Part shown: positions 18,503-29,107 of the stretch, piece by piece
Layout: each line of letters begins with the position of its first letter
Position numbering within the stretch: the stretch's first letter is position 1
NCBI GenBank assembly: GCA_963804995.1
Contig: CAWDSK010000003.1
Span: 960,001-1,024,000 of the forward strand
Direction of reading: 5' to 3'
From: an uncultured Acidobacteriota bacterium
Lineage (GTDB): Bacteria; Acidobacteriota; Terriglobia; UBA7540
DNA length: 64,000 nt
Position numbers and translations under genes: made by a program
The notes under the pieces: generated by a model
Told to the model about the DNA's origin: nothing
Database searches by the model: none
Seen by the model: the letters and a program-made list of their open reading frames with translations, nothing else

Positions 18503-19407
18503 AGTCCTGTTACCTCCGACTTAGGTAAGATTTCAGCCGGATCCGGCTCCAGCCCTCTGAGCCCCTCCGAGCGTTCACCTTCCGCCAGGTATTGCGCCAA
18601 TCCCTCCGTCCAATGCGGAAGGGCACCGAACTGAAGCATGCGACGATTCTCCAGAACGGAATTGGCGGGACGCCGCGCCGGCCGCCCCAATTCCTGGGTC
18701 GTCGTGGGCACAACCCGGACCTGGCCGAGTCCCCCCGCTTTCACAATGGCCTGGGCAAATTCAAACCAACTGCAGTTCCCTGCACCGGTAACGTGATAAA
18801 TCCCATAGGATTCAACACGTAACAGTCGGGCAAGCAGGGCTGCCAAGTGACGGGTATAGGTGGGTGAGCCCCGCTGGTCGGAAACCACTCGAAGCTCATC
18901 ACGGACTTTCGCCGCCGCCAAAATTGTCGCCACAAAATTCTTGCCCTGGGGACCATATAGCCAACTGGTTCTGACAATGAAGTGCCGGGGCACCAGCGCC
19001 TGCACGTACTGTTCTCCCCTTAACTTCGTCCACCCGTAAATGCTGATCGGGTTGGGACAATCGTCCTCCCGATAGGGCCTTACCCCAAGCCCATCAAAGA
19101 CATAGTCCGTACTAACATACAGCAAACCCGCACCGATTCGCGCACAAGCACTTGCCACATGCCGCGCTCCGAGACTGTTGACCTCCTCGGCGCTCCGCGG
19201 ATTCGATTCACAACCATCCACATCGGTATAGGCAGCGAGATGACATACGAAGTCCGGTCGCAAATGTAGAAAAGTACCCTCGACGGCGTTCCCGTCCCGG
19301 ATGTCGAAGTCTGTAACATCAACTCCGATGACGCGGTGTTCCGTTTGCAGGCAGGGCAGCAGCACAGATCCGAGCATGCCCTTCGCGCCAGTGACTAGAA
19401 TTCGCAC
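18499..19407 (-). CDS. rfbD: dTDP-4-dehydrorhamnose reductase
   Basis: GAKGMLG, AAYTDVD, STDYVFDG, YGWTK and DQRGSPT motifs. Confidence 0.93.
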   Translation of the reverse strand: MRILVTGAKGMLGSVLLPCLQTEHRVIGVDVTDFDIRDGNAVEGTFLHLRPDFVCHLAAYTDVDGCESNPRSAEEVNSLGARHVASACARIGAGLLYVSTDYVFDGLGVRPYREDDCPNPISIYGWTKLRGEQYVQALVPRHFIVRTSWLYGPQGKNFVATILAAAKVRDELRVVSDQRGSPTYTRHLAALLARLLRVESYGIYHVTGAGNCSWFEFAQAIVKAGGLGQVRVVPTTTQELGRPARRPANSVLENRRMLQFGALPHWTEGLAQYLAEGERSEGLRGLEPDPAEILPKSEVTGL

Positions 19408-20456
19408 TATTTCCTGCCGCCGGGGTTGAGAATTCCTGAAAGGGTTGAATCCCTCTGGTCATACTGCCTTCGATAGTAGGCACGGTACCCGCGAGCCGCC
19501 ACGCGTTTTACCCAGGCGCCAGCGGACAAATACCAATCAACGGTACGCTTGAGGCCGTCTTCAATCATCGTTTGCGGGGCCCAGCCCAATTCTTTCTGTG
19601 CCTTTTCAATATCCAGAGCATACCGGCGGTCATGGCCGGGCCGATCCTGAACATACGTCAACAAGGACTCGGGCTTGCCGAGGAGCGCAAGGATCCGTCT
19701 CGCGATTTCGACATTGGGCCACCCCATCCCTGCGCCCAGATTGTAGATTTCGCCTTCTCGCCCCTTGTGCAGTACGGCATCCAAGGCGGCGCAATGATCC
19801 ATGACATAAATCCAGTCTCTAACCTGCAACCCGTCCCCGTAGACTGGAATACTTCGCCCCTTCACAGCTTGCGTGATGAGGAGCGGAATGAACTTCTCCG
19901 GGTATTGATAAGGACCGTAGTTGTTCGTACACCTTGTGATAATAACTGGAAACCGATAAGTTCGGAAGTAGGCTCGCGCTAAAAGGTCCGCGCCTGCTTT
20001 GCTGGCCGAGTAAGGGCTGTTGGGGGCAAGCCGTGACTCCTCCGTGAACTTCTCACCAAGCGAAGCGCTTCCGTAAACCTCATCGGTGCTAACCAGGATA
20101 AAACGCTTGACGCCCGCGTGCCGGGCGGCATCCATCAAGCACTGAGTTCCCTGGACGTTGGTCTTTACAAAGGCCGAGCTGTCTATGATGCTGCGGTCCA
20201 CATGCGATTCAGCCGCGAAGTGAACCACGGCCTCAACATCCTTGGTTATCACCTCCTGGACCTTGCGGCGATCACAGATGTCACCTCGGACAAAGATGTG
20301 CCGCGCCTCCGCCTTCACATCTTCGAGAGTGTGCAGGTTTCCGGAATAGGTCAACTTGTCGAGGTTCAGGACAGAGTAATGGGGGTATTTCGCCAGAATG
20401 AAGCGGACAAAATTCGAGCCGATAAAACCTGCTCCGCCCGTGACCATCAGCTTCAT
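19407..20456 (-). CDS. rfbB: dTDP-glucose 4,6-dehydratase
   Basis: GGAGFIG, AAESHVDRS, STDEVYG, YSASK and NNYGPYQ motifs. Confidence 0.95.
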   Translation of the reverse strand: MKLMVTGGAGFIGSNFVRFILAKYPHYSVLNLDKLTYSGNLHTLEDVKAEARHIFVRGDICDRRKVQEVITKDVEAVVHFAAESHVDRSIIDSSAFVKTNVQGTQCLMDAARHAGVKRFILVSTDEVYGSASLGEKFTEESRLAPNSPYSASKAGADLLARAYFRTYRFPVIITRCTNNYGPYQYPEKFIPLLITQAVKGRSIPVYGDGLQVRDWIYVMDHCAALDAVLHKGREGEIYNLGAGMGWPNVEIARRILALLGKPESLLTYVQDRPGHDRRYALDIEKAQKELGWAPQTMIEDGLKRTVDWYLSAGAWVKRVAARGYRAYYRRQYDQRDSTLSGILNPGGRK

Positions 20457-20470
20457 TTCGAGCCTTTACC

Positions 20471-21205
20471 TTAGGTTAGAGGAAGTGAAGACTTGCTTTC
20501 CGCCACCAGATTGGTCGCCGAGCGCAGCGATTCGAAGGTCCCCGCGTCGGTCCACCAGCCTTCCAGAATGCTGTATGTCAGGGTGCCTTCCTTCAGGTAT
20601 GCATTGTTCACGTCGGTGATCTCCAACTCTCCTCGACTGGAAGGCTTGAGACTGTTGGCTTTCTCAAAGACGGTCGAGTCGTAGAAGTAAACCCCTGTCA
20701 CCGCAAACGGGCTGGCGGGGCGGGAAGGTTTTTCTTCAATGCGCACGATTCGGCCTTCCTCGAATACGGGCACTCCGAACCGCGCCGGATTTGCAACCTC
20801 TTTCAGGAGGATATGGGCCCCCTTGGGTTGCCGCTCAAAATCATCGGCCACCTGCTTGATACTTCCCTCGAGGAGATTATCGCCAAGAACCACGCAAACC
20901 TTTTCTCCCTCCGCGAAGTTCTCCGCGAGACGCAGGGCATCCGCGATACCACCCTCCCCCTCCTGATACGCGTAGTGCAGATGCTTCAGACCGAATTCCT
21001 TTCCATTACTCAGCAAGCGTAGAAAGTCCCCGGCATTCTGCCCGCCCGTGACGATGAGGATCTGCTGAATGCCCGCGTTCACCAGCGTCCAGAGGGGGTA
21101 GTAGATCATCGGGGCGTTGTAAACGGGCAGCAAATGCTTGTTCGTGACCTTGGTTAGCGGGTACAGCCGCGAACCTATTCCCCCCGCCAGGATGACACCT
21201 TTCAA
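20471..21205 (-). CDS. rfbA: Glucose-1-phosphate thymidylyltransferase (short form)
   Basis: GVILAGGIGSRLYPLT, EEKP, RGELEITD and WTDAGT motifs; TTG start at 21205 after GAGG. Confidence 0.85.
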   Translation of the reverse strand: MKGVILAGGIGSRLYPLTKVTNKHLLPVYNAPMIYYPLWTLVNAGIQQILIVTGGQNAGDFLRLLSNGKEFGLKHLHYAYQEGEGGIADALRLAENFAEGEKVCVVLGDNLLEGSIKQVADDFERQPKGAHILLKEVANPARFGVPVFEEGRIVRIEEKPSRPASPFAVTGVYFYDSTVFEKANSLKPSSRGELEITDVNNAYLKEGTLTYSILEGWWTDAGTFESLRSATNLVAESKSSLPLT

Positions 21206-21337
21206 TTCGCACCTCGCTTGCCTCTGTAAATGCCGACCCTTCGTACGGGTCCCTGGGGCATGTTTCTTAAGCCCATTCGCCCTCCCTGCCTCGGAGCGCA
21301 GGGGCAGGCAAGGAGATTCCACCCGCGCCAGGGTTCT

Positions 21338-21465
21338 CTAGCAGGCTGTTGAAAAACCCTCACGGTGCGACGTAGCGGCGGGTTTACCCCGCCATATCGC
21401 CAGCGATTTCAACAGCGGATGGCGGGGTAAACCCGCCGCTACGTCGTTTTTCATCAGCCTGCTAG
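21338..21465. mobile_element. 128-bp MITE-like element with CTAG ends and an internal REP doublet (family D)
   Basis: ctagcaggctgttgaaaaac ... gtttttcatcagcctgctag form ~20-bp terminal inverted repeats with one mismatch. Confidence 0.8.
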
Positions 21466-21466
21466 G

Positions 21467-22867
21467 TTAAGTGAGAAAGCCTCCGCTGGGCATGGGGCTC
21501 GAAACACGCTCTATTTTTCTCACCTTCCGCTCAGAAGAACGTGGGTGAACAGCAATCGCCAAACACACAACGAACCAAGCAGCGTTGGCAGGAATCCGCA
21601 AATTGAAATCCACAAAACTATGGGCCATGAGTCCCAGGCAACCCACTGCGGCCCCCAACTGTATCCAGCCTGCTTCGTGGTGGAGGCGATCCTCCAAGTG
21701 CCGAAACGCCACTCGAAAGAATAGCACCAGCGCAACGGCGAGAAGCACAACCCCCGGCAACCCCGTTTCTGCCAGGGCCTCGGCAAAGTCATCATGGGCG
21801 TGAGTCCAGTGCTGGTCGGTCGCCTTAATCGCATACATTGGAAACGCCTGCTCAAAACAACCCACTCCCACACCGATCCACGGGTGGTGGGCGGCAATGC
21901 GAAGAGCGCTTTTCGCCACCCAGAACCGGTCCCCAAGGGTCACGTCGAGAGATTTGTCGGTGTTAAAAATTGACCAAGCTTGGGTGCTAACACTCCTCGA
22001 ACGGACCAACCAGGTGAAAAGAAGTGCAGCGACAATCACCACCCCGACCATGACCGGGAGGGCGCGACTCCAGGCAGCCTGAGGCCTTCGCCACACCAGG
22101 ATAATCCCGTAAACGAGCCCTTCAATCAGCAAAGCAGCCGTGGCGCCCCGGGAGCCACTGGCCCACACGGAAACCAGCGCAACAATCAGCACGCCCCACA
22201 GTATGAACCGCGAGAGTGATTGGTGAGACCGCGTCAGAATGTACCCGACCGAAATGGGGATAAGCATTTCCATCAAACCACCGTAATTGTTGTGGTTGAC
22301 GTAGGGGCCGAATGGCCAACCCGCCGTCTTGATGCTCCAATAAACCAAATGCTTATCTTCACCATAGAAGAATTGCGCCCACGCCAGCACACTTACGGCA
22401 AGAGCCAAAATCGTAACCAGAAGTCCGAATCGCCCCAAGGCCCTTCCGTTCTCTGACCTCGCATTAAGAAGCTGTCCGGCCAGGAAGAATAATACAAGGT
22501 TGGCTATAAGCTTCAGGATAGCTTCCCGTGTTGCTATGGGGTCGATTGTCAAGCCGAACAGAAACTGGACAAGCGCCACGAGGAGAAGCCCCAGAAACGG
22601 CCAGTACAGGGGAGACCAGACGATGGTGAGAGTGCCTCGGTGAACACAACCCACCGTCCAAAGAATCAGGGCCAAAAAAGCCAGGCTCGCCAAACTCGCC
22701 CAAGCCCAGGGATTCACCGCTCCTAAAGGCCACGGGGCGAGAAACATTGCGGTGAGCAGAACAAAGCGTGCGATTCTGTGGAGAATAGAGGGGGATGCGT
22801 CCGGCTCGATCTGCGGGGAGTGTCGTAAGAATGGAGCAGGGGATGTGGACAGAGTAGACATGGTCAC
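21467..22867 (-). CDS. O-antigen ligase/Wzy polymerase family membrane protein
   Basis: Many TM segments; GPYVNHN, SGSRG, GVGVGCF and HAHDD motifs. Confidence 0.85.
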   Translation of the reverse strand: MTMSTLSTSPAPFLRHSPQIEPDASPSILHRIARFVLLTAMFLAPWPLGAVNPWAWASLASLAFLALILWTVGCVHRGTLTIVWSPLYWPFLGLLLVALVQFLFGLTIDPIATREAILKLIANLVLFFLAGQLLNARSENGRALGRFGLLVTILALAVSVLAWAQFFYGEDKHLVYWSIKTAGWPFGPYVNHNNYGGLMEMLIPISVGYILTRSHQSLSRFILWGVLIVALVSVWASGSRGATAALLIEGLVYGIILVWRRPQAAWSRALPVMVGVVIVAALLFTWLVRSRSVSTQAWSIFNTDKSLDVTLGDRFWVAKSALRIAAHHPWIGVGVGCFEQAFPMYAIKATDQHWTHAHDDFAEALAETGLPGVVLLAVALVLFFRVAFRHLEDRLHHEAGWIQLGAAVGCLGLMAHSFVDFNLRIPANAAWFVVCLAIAVHPRSSERKVRKIERVSSPMPSGGFLT

Positions 22868-24255
22868 CGGGACCTTTCCTGCGTCACAGTTCGCCCGGGG
22901 AGGTCCGCAGCTTGCAGCTTGACCTCATCCAGCCAGACCGTACCTGAAATGTCGCGCGGAGGCATCCGACCTGAAGGCCGCCAGAAGGATATACGCACGG
23001 CCTGAGTCTGGGGCAGCGTCGTAAACGCCAGATCGACGGGGTGCCACTTCGTCGTCCCCAGGGTCTGGTCACTCGTCGAAACCGGGCAATTCGGACAACC
23101 CATTTCGGTCACGCGCAAACGGGGGCCGCTGTCCGAGGTGAGATCCTCCGAACGTACATAGGCCGTTAGTTGATAACGGGTTTGGGGTTTGACCGGAACA
23201 ACTTGGCTCAATAAGTCAAAGTCCGCGTTCCGACCTACGAGGAATTCGATCCTCAAGCACTTTCCAATCCCGTAACCAGAAGGGTCAGCGAAATCAAAAA
23301 GCAAATCCGATTCGTCACTGTATCGCCAGTCAAATCCAGTGTTGAGAGGCTTTCGGTCGAAGCTTCCGTTGTAAACTAAAGAGCTGGAACCCGTGCTTTC
23401 TACTTTCGGAATGCCCCCCCGGCGCTCCAGATCGTTCCAGACCTTGGTCGCATCGGAGATTTGATCGTGGTCAACGAGGAAGTCCAGGAAGGGTTTTACG
23501 GAAGGTATTTCCGGCGGCCGGTTGGACTCAGCAATCATTTCTTCCCAAATCTTCATCGCGTTTTCATAATCTCCCGTAGCGCTCATGAAAACCAGGAAGT
23601 AGGACCTCAAGGCGGGGTCTTTCGCCTGACGGATAACCCCCTGGTATACCTGATGTGGATCCTCTGCGGCGCGGAGGCACAACCGCACCACCTGAGCCGC
23701 ATATTCGGGGGCCATATCCAGCAGGGTACGGAAATAGGGAAAACTCATCTGCACCCGATTGGTCAAAACATAGTGATTCCCAATGGTCCAATATAAACGA
23801 GGCATCACAGGGTTAAGGGCCCGGGCCCGCTCAAACGCCTCGTCAGAGCAGGAAGTATCTCCGGCGAAGTCACACGCCGTGCCCAGATCCGTCCAATATT
23901 CCCATATGCGAGGGTTCAGGGCGGCAGCCTGTCGAAGGTAATTCACAGCTTCAGATGGATTGAGCTCCGTGGGAACATAGGAATATATCACCCCGAGCCG
24001 ATGCACGAGGGCCGGGTTGCCCGGATCGTATTGGAGCGCCTTTTGGACTGCGGTGACAGATAAGGAGTCCAAGGTCTCGGTAGCCATCGCTACGCGCACC
24101 GTTTCATAAGTCAGGAAGATACTGAGGGCGGGGACGGCCAAGAGGACTAGGAGCGCCCGCCACCAAGGGCGCAGCGGCCATTCCAGCAGGTATTGGGGGC
24201 GGTGTCGTAAAGAAGGCCTTCCGCCAGGAAGGTCACGGTTAGGAGATTCACTCAT
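22864..24255 (-). CDS. Membrane-anchored TPR protein with a C-terminal carbohydrate-binding-like domain
   Basis: N-terminal TM helix, TPR-like repeats (ALNPR), and a C-terminal NGSFD...YQLTAYVRS...WLDEVKL beta-sandwich pattern. Confidence 0.65.
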   Translation of the reverse strand: MSESPNRDLPGGRPSLRHRPQYLLEWPLRPWWRALLVLLAVPALSIFLTYETVRVAMATETLDSLSVTAVQKALQYDPGNPALVHRLGVIYSYVPTELNPSEAVNYLRQAAALNPRIWEYWTDLGTACDFAGDTSCSDEAFERARALNPVMPRLYWTIGNHYVLTNRVQMSFPYFRTLLDMAPEYAAQVVRLCLRAAEDPHQVYQGVIRQAKDPALRSYFLVFMSATGDYENAMKIWEEMIAESNRPPEIPSVKPFLDFLVDHDQISDATKVWNDLERRGGIPKVESTGSSSLVYNGSFDRKPLNTGFDWRYSDESDLLFDFADPSGYGIGKCLRIEFLVGRNADFDLLSQVVPVKPQTRYQLTAYVRSEDLTSDSGPRLRVTEMGCPNCPVSTSDQTLGTTKWHPVDLAFTTLPQTQAVRISFWRPSGRMPPRDISGTVWLDEVKLQAADLPGRTVTQERSR

Positions 24256-24359
24256 TTCGAGAAAGGTCCTGGAACACGCGATTGGTAAACGCCTTGAGGT
24301 CCTCGCCAGGCTTAACTAAACTTGTTTTCCGCCTCACCCATCTTCCCGGCCACGAACCT

Positions 24360-26657
24360 TCAGGTTCTGCGGGATGAATCCTTGAGCCTCGAGCGGCCAC
24401 TTCCTGACGAATGGGAAGGACTCGAGACCGTGATTTCGTCATAATAGGACTGGGAGTAAGGGCCGTAATAGGATCCGTAATAGCCATCGAAGCGCATGTC
24501 GACCTTGTTGAGAACGATACCCAGAACCCTGGACCCGGCATTTTCGAGAATTCGATGAGCCCTGGCCAGGGCTCCCCGCGCCGTTACTCCGCTGGCAACC
24601 AGCAGAATAACTCCGTCCACCAAGGCCGAGAGAATCACCCCGTCCGTAACCAACAGGAGTGGCGGTGAGTCTATCACGATCTGGGTAAAGCGCTTCATCA
24701 GGTCCTTGAGAGTTGCCTCCATCATATGAGAAGAGATCAGTTCGGCTGGATCGGGAGGCCGCGGGCCTGCCGGCAGAATCCAGAGATTCGGAACGCGTTC
24801 ATACTGGAGCAGAACTTCGTCCAGGGTGTGCGCACCCGTCAGGAAGCTGCTCAATCCCTTTTCATTGGGAACACCCAGCGTCTTTGCAACCGAGGGTCGG
24901 CGCAAGTCAGCATCAACAATTAGAACGGGGCCTCCCCTCTGGGCAAAGGCAATTGCCAAGTTCAAGGCTGTGGAAGTCTTACCTTCACCCACCTGCGCAC
25001 TGGTCACGAGCAAGGTTTGAGGCGGCCGTGGGGCCGTGGAGAGCAGAACCGAAGTCCGCAGACTCCGGTACGATTCCGCCAGAGGCGAAGAGGGTCGCTT
25101 GAGCACAGCAAGTCCCACCCCGTTGGAGGAGGCAGGACCCTGCGGACGATTGCCAGGTAATTGTTGCTGCCGGAAACTCTCACGGTCCACAGGGATAACG
25201 GCCAGGGCCGGAGCATTGATGAGTCTTTCCGCTTCTTCTGGGGAGCGCACCGAACTGTCGAGCGCTTCCTGCATGAAAGCCAGCGTGACTCCTAGGATCA
25301 TGCCCACCAGGAGGCCCGCCATCAGATTGCGGGGTTTGTTCGGGCGGATGGGATTGGTGGGTGGGGTAGCTTGATCAATAACGTGAATGTTGGTGGCTTG
25401 CAAGCTCGCTGAAAGGGTGGCATCTTTTAGCCGTTGCAGGAGGTTCTCATAAAGTTGCTGATTGGTGTCGAAATCACGCTTCAGGATGTTGTGCTCAATC
25501 ATGCGTTGATTGAGCTGTGTGACCTCTTCCTTCTGTTTCGCCAGGGCCTTACCCAGAAGGTCTTTGCGACTGACGGACGCCAGGTAGTCATTATAGACCT
25601 TCTTCACCGCCTGCTTGCGCTCGTTCTCGATGAGCGACTGCATCTCGCTCAATTGTTGACGCAGTCGCACGACCTTGGGGAAATTCGGCCCGTATTGGCT
25701 GAGGGCATCCGCATAAGAAGCCTTTAGATCGTTGTACTTGTCCTCCAACTTCTGCAAAAGCTCATTCTGTACAATGATTCCGACCTGAGATTCATTGCTC
25801 TTGGCAAGCTCGTAGAGGGACTGCTTTTGAGCCAGGTCGTTCTCGGCGGCCGTAAAGTCTTTACTCAAATCCTGGAGTCTTTGATCAGTAATACTCTGCT
25901 TGTCCCCGGTGCTGATAATAAGATTCTGCCGCTCGTAGTCAACCAAGGCTTGCTGGGATTTCTCTACCTTGGCCCGCAACTCATCTAATTGCTGCTGCAT
26001 CCAGCCTGATGCCTGTTGCGTGAAGTCGTATTTTTCCCGGAAATTGAATTCCTTGTAATTCTCAACCAGTTTATTGGCAATGCGCGCCGCTTGTTCGGGA
26101 TCATTGCTCTCGTAGCTCACCTGGATGATGCGACTATCCTTCAGCGCCTCAACGTGCAACTCCACTTTGAAAGCTTCGACAAGGGAAGCTTTTCTGGCTG
26201 CCGCGTTTCGCGCCGCAGAGCGTTGTGGCGTGTTACCTGATGAAGTGGGATCCCCGCCTCCGCCAACTCCGAGTTGCTCGATCGTTTGCCAAGCCAGACT
26301 GTCACTTTTGAGAACCTGTATCTGGGTGGTGAGGAATGCAGAATCTTCACCACCACCGTTTTGTTGGTAAAGCTGGTTAACGCTTTGAACTTGGGGGTAT
26401 TCTGTCTCCACCTCGATGCTGGCCGTGGCCCGGTACACCGGCAACGTCCTGAAAGTGTAAAGTGCCGTCAGTGTGAATATGACAATCGTGGCAATGGCAA
26501 TCGTCCAGGCTCGCTTGACGACCACATGCAAGAAGGTGTTAAAGGTGAAGTGAGTTTCAGCTCCGAGTGCCTCCAGGTCCAAGGTGGTGGGCACAGAACT
26601 GGTGATACGCTGCGGAACGTTACGTTCAATCGGCGATAAAAACTCGTTGTCAGGCAC
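24360..26657 (-). CDS. wzc: Polysaccharide co-polymerase/tyrosine autokinase (GumC/Wzc)
   Basis: Two TM helices around a coiled coil; ESYRSLRT, Walker A GEGKT, DADLRRP, DSPP and a C-terminal Tyr cluster. Confidence 0.92.
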   Translation of the reverse strand: MPDNEFLSPIERNVPQRITSSVPTTLDLEALGAETHFTFNTFLHVVVKRAWTIAIATIVIFTLTALYTFRTLPVYRATASIEVETEYPQVQSVNQLYQQNGGGEDSAFLTTQIQVLKSDSLAWQTIEQLGVGGGGDPTSSGNTPQRSAARNAAARKASLVEAFKVELHVEALKDSRIIQVSYESNDPEQAARIANKLVENYKEFNFREKYDFTQQASGWMQQQLDELRAKVEKSQQALVDYERQNLIISTGDKQSITDQRLQDLSKDFTAAENDLAQKQSLYELAKSNESQVGIIVQNELLQKLEDKYNDLKASYADALSQYGPNFPKVVRLRQQLSEMQSLIENERKQAVKKVYNDYLASVSRKDLLGKALAKQKEEVTQLNQRMIEHNILKRDFDTNQQLYENLLQRLKDATLSASLQATNIHVIDQATPPTNPIRPNKPRNLMAGLLVGMILGVTLAFMQEALDSSVRSPEEAERLINAPALAVIPVDRESFRQQQLPGNRPQGPASSNGVGLAVLKRPSSPLAESYRSLRTSVLLSTAPRPPQTLLVTSAQVGEGKTSTALNLAIAFAQRGGPVLIVDADLRRPSVAKTLGVPNEKGLSSFLTGAHTLDEVLLQYERVPNLWILPAGPRPPDPAELISSHMMEATLKDLMKRFTQIVIDSPPLLLVTDGVILSALVDGVILLVASGVTARGALARAHRILENAGSRVLGIVLNKVDMRFDGYYGSYYGPYSQSYYDEITVSSPSHSSGSGRSRLKDSSRRT

Positions 26658-26707
26658 CTGAAGTTTCTCCCACTGCTGGAATCCGCCCGCGCGGATTGTT
26701 CTCGAAC

Positions 26708-27805
26708 TTAGAAGCGATAGACGGCCAGACCGGTCCCAACAGTCACGGCTGAAGTGACCGCAGAGTGCATAGCCTTTGCTACGGTGCTTTCCGGAATGTA
26801 GAGGATGTCATCCGCCACAAGGGTCATGTCGGACTTCTCGCCCTTCACCATGGCGCGGAAATCCACGATAATTTCTTCCGGTTTTCCCTCCGGGGCTGAG
26901 GGATCCTTGCGCAGGAGCGTAATCTGTTTCATCTTAGCCACGCCCGTCAGTCCCCCGGCCCGCGCTACGGCTTTGAGCACTGTGTAGCGTTCTTGCGTGC
27001 CAGTTAACACATATCCACCTGGGCGCGCGACGGCGCCGAGGATGTAAATGAGCGAAGCTCGCAGCACGACAACCCGATCGCCTGGATAGAGAAGGATGTT
27101 GGTGGTGGGGTCATCACCCGTCTGCAGGAGCTTTCTAATGTCCAGTGTATAAGTTTGTTCCTTGAGGGATGAGTCCACTTTCCCCTCTTGATTGCTTTCC
27201 TTTGCGTCGACACGCGTGCCTTCCTCGCCGCGCGTTAGCACCGCTTTGTCTCCGGCATCCTCCGTCGGCCCTCCCGCTTGCATGACGAGGTCGAAGAGCT
27301 TCGTCGGGCCAAAGATGGGATACCCTTGAGGGCGTTTCACCGCCCCGGAAACGATCACCTGGTGCTGCCTTGTCTCTTTAAGCTCCACCGTCACGTGGGC
27401 ATTGTTAAGCATGCCGGCCTCACGGAATTTGGTGGCAATCAGGGCAGACAATTGTTCCAGGGACAAACCGGCCACAGCGATGGGTTGAGCAAGCAACGGC
27501 AAGGTTAGAAACCCGTTGGAACTCACTCGATACAACCGCGAGACTTCCGGCACATCCATGACATAAACGTCCAGGAGGTCTTCCGGACTTACGGTGTATT
27601 GCGCGGTTGAGTGACTCGGAACATCAACCGCTTTTTGAGGAGTAGTGGTCTGCTTCTCTGCTGAAACAGATTCCACAGGAGCACTTATCGGGGCGGTCTG
27701 GGACCAGGCTGAAATCGACCCAGCCAAAAGGCATACTCCAATTCCCCACCGCCACCCCCTTGCTGCCTTGCAGGACCCTGGCAACTCCTTAAATTTTCTG
27801 TACAT
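26708..27805 (-). CDS. Polysaccharide export protein with SLBB domains (Wza-like)
   Basis: Signal peptide, YTVSPEDLLDV, GAVKRPQ, LYPGDRV and GAVARPG motifs. Confidence 0.85.
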   Translation of the reverse strand: MYRKFKELPGSCKAARGWRWGIGVCLLAGSISAWSQTAPISAPVESVSAEKQTTTPQKAVDVPSHSTAQYTVSPEDLLDVYVMDVPEVSRLYRVSSNGFLTLPLLAQPIAVAGLSLEQLSALIATKFREAGMLNNAHVTVELKETRQHQVIVSGAVKRPQGYPIFGPTKLFDLVMQAGGPTEDAGDKAVLTRGEEGTRVDAKESNQEGKVDSSLKEQTYTLDIRKLLQTGDDPTTNILLYPGDRVVVLRASLIYILGAVARPGGYVLTGTQERYTVLKAVARAGGLTGVAKMKQITLLRKDPSAPEGKPEEIIVDFRAMVKGEKSDMTLVADDILYIPESTVAKAMHSAVTSAVTVGTGLAVYRF

Positions 27806-28168
27806 AAGCCCTACCTCTACCCGCTCCTCAACTTCGCATATCCTTCAGAACCTGCGGATTGAGCAAACCGCAAACTCGGCGCAGATTGAACGCCGCGCCA
27901 CAGCCAGGTGGCTGCTTAGTCCCGAATCCCTAAACCGACTCAAAAAGGAACTCCCTGTGAACCCGGCGAGAAAAAAGTCTGGCTTCTCTTTTCAGATTCT
28001 GTCGCAAACAACTGTTGTCCATAGCTTGTGTCAAGATAGATGACACCTTGTGTTTTCGCGGGCACGGGTTCACTCGAAGCGTGAAGACCCACCTCTGTGC
28101 CTTCCTGGCAAGGAACCAAGGTGGCAACAGAAATCCGGCAGGTTGCTCCATGTATTACGTCGCAATCT

Positions 28169-28197
28169 AGTATAGGTCGGCCCCCCGCCGTTGTCAA
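28169..28197 (-). promoter_or_regulatory. Near-consensus sigma70 promoter facing the EPS cluster
   Basis: Minus strand reads TTGACA-17 nt-TATACT, about 360 nt upstream of the wza-like start. Confidence 0.65.
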
Positions 28198-28312
28198 TAG
28201 TGCCCTGATGGCCTCAGCGTCGCTCGGGAGAAGCTGCGAAGTTCCCCACAGCACGGTTGCAGAAGTAGCTTGGGAGAGCATAGTCCACCGCACCTAAGCC
28301 CCTGAAAAGATT

Positions 28313-28387
28313 TGGCTCCTCAGCCAGGACTCGAACCTGGAACCCTTCGGTTAACAGCCGAATGCTCTACCATTGAGCTACTGAGGA
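28313..28387 (-). tRNA. tRNA-Asn (GTT)
   Basis: Reverse complement is TCCTCAGTAGCTCAATGGTAGAGCATTCGGCTGTTAACCGAAGGGTTCCAGGTTCGAGTCCTGGCTGAGGAGCCA, a cloverleaf with a CCA end. Confidence 0.96.
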
Positions 28388-28508
28388 GCAAGGCTACACA
28401 TCAAACATCGGCGGAACCAGCCTTTGAGTTTATAGCACAGGCACAAAAATCTCGTCAACTAACTGACGCTCAGGGCATCAGTGTCATTAAAATAGCCTGC
28501 CGCCTGCT

Positions 28509-28961
28509 CTACTTTTTTGCGGCCGACCCTTGCATCCGCTGGCGCATGGCTTCCAACGCCTCTGGAGCGCGCTTCGCCATCCACTGTTCGAATTTCTCCG
28601 CCAGCGTCTCCAGATTCCTCCACACCGTAGGGTCCTTGAATTGTTGCCTCAAGCTGGGCGCCAGGTTCCGGACCTTGTCCCAAACGATCCAGAACTCACG
28701 GGTATTTTCAAAAAAGAGTTCTTCCTTGATGAGCCCGTTGTTCACGAGCGACGCGGCCATATCCCAGTAACTGATGGTCATACGAAAGAAGGCGTTGTTT
28801 TCCGAGCCCGGCGGGCACTGCGCGATGAACTCCTCATAGGATTTGACGTATTGAAACTCCCGCGTGTACCAAGCCCGCGCCTGGCGCAGCTTGGCTTCCC
28901 GCCGCAAGTCATAAAGGCGCAGCAACAATTCCGCATCGTAATTGTCAGGATGCTCTTTCAC
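28509..28961 (-). CDS. DUF4760-like hypothetical protein
   Basis: DAELLLRLYDLRRE...R.AR.W and YWDMAASLV patterns; GTG start after GGGAGG. Confidence 0.65.
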   Translation of the reverse strand: MKEHPDNYDAELLLRLYDLRREAKLRQARAWYTREFQYVKSYEEFIAQCPPGSENNAFFRMTISYWDMAASLVNNGLIKEELFFENTREFWIVWDKVRNLAPSLRQQFKDPTVWRNLETLAEKFEQWMAKRAPEALEAMRQRMQGSAAKK

Positions 28962-29107
28962 GCAACCCTCCCCGGCTCTTTCGGTAAACATATCAGGTGC
29001 GGACGAGTCAAAATCGCTTCCAATAGGCTCGCCTCCTCCCGCACCCGCATTTTATCACGGTTTCGGGAGGGCTCCCGTTCTCTGCTTTCCCACTACTTGT
29101 TTTCCTT

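Noticed and set aside
28313..28387. tRNA-anchored genomic island (tRNA-Asn or tRNA-Val)
   Set aside because: No integrase is present, and I saw no duplicated tRNA 3' end in the window.
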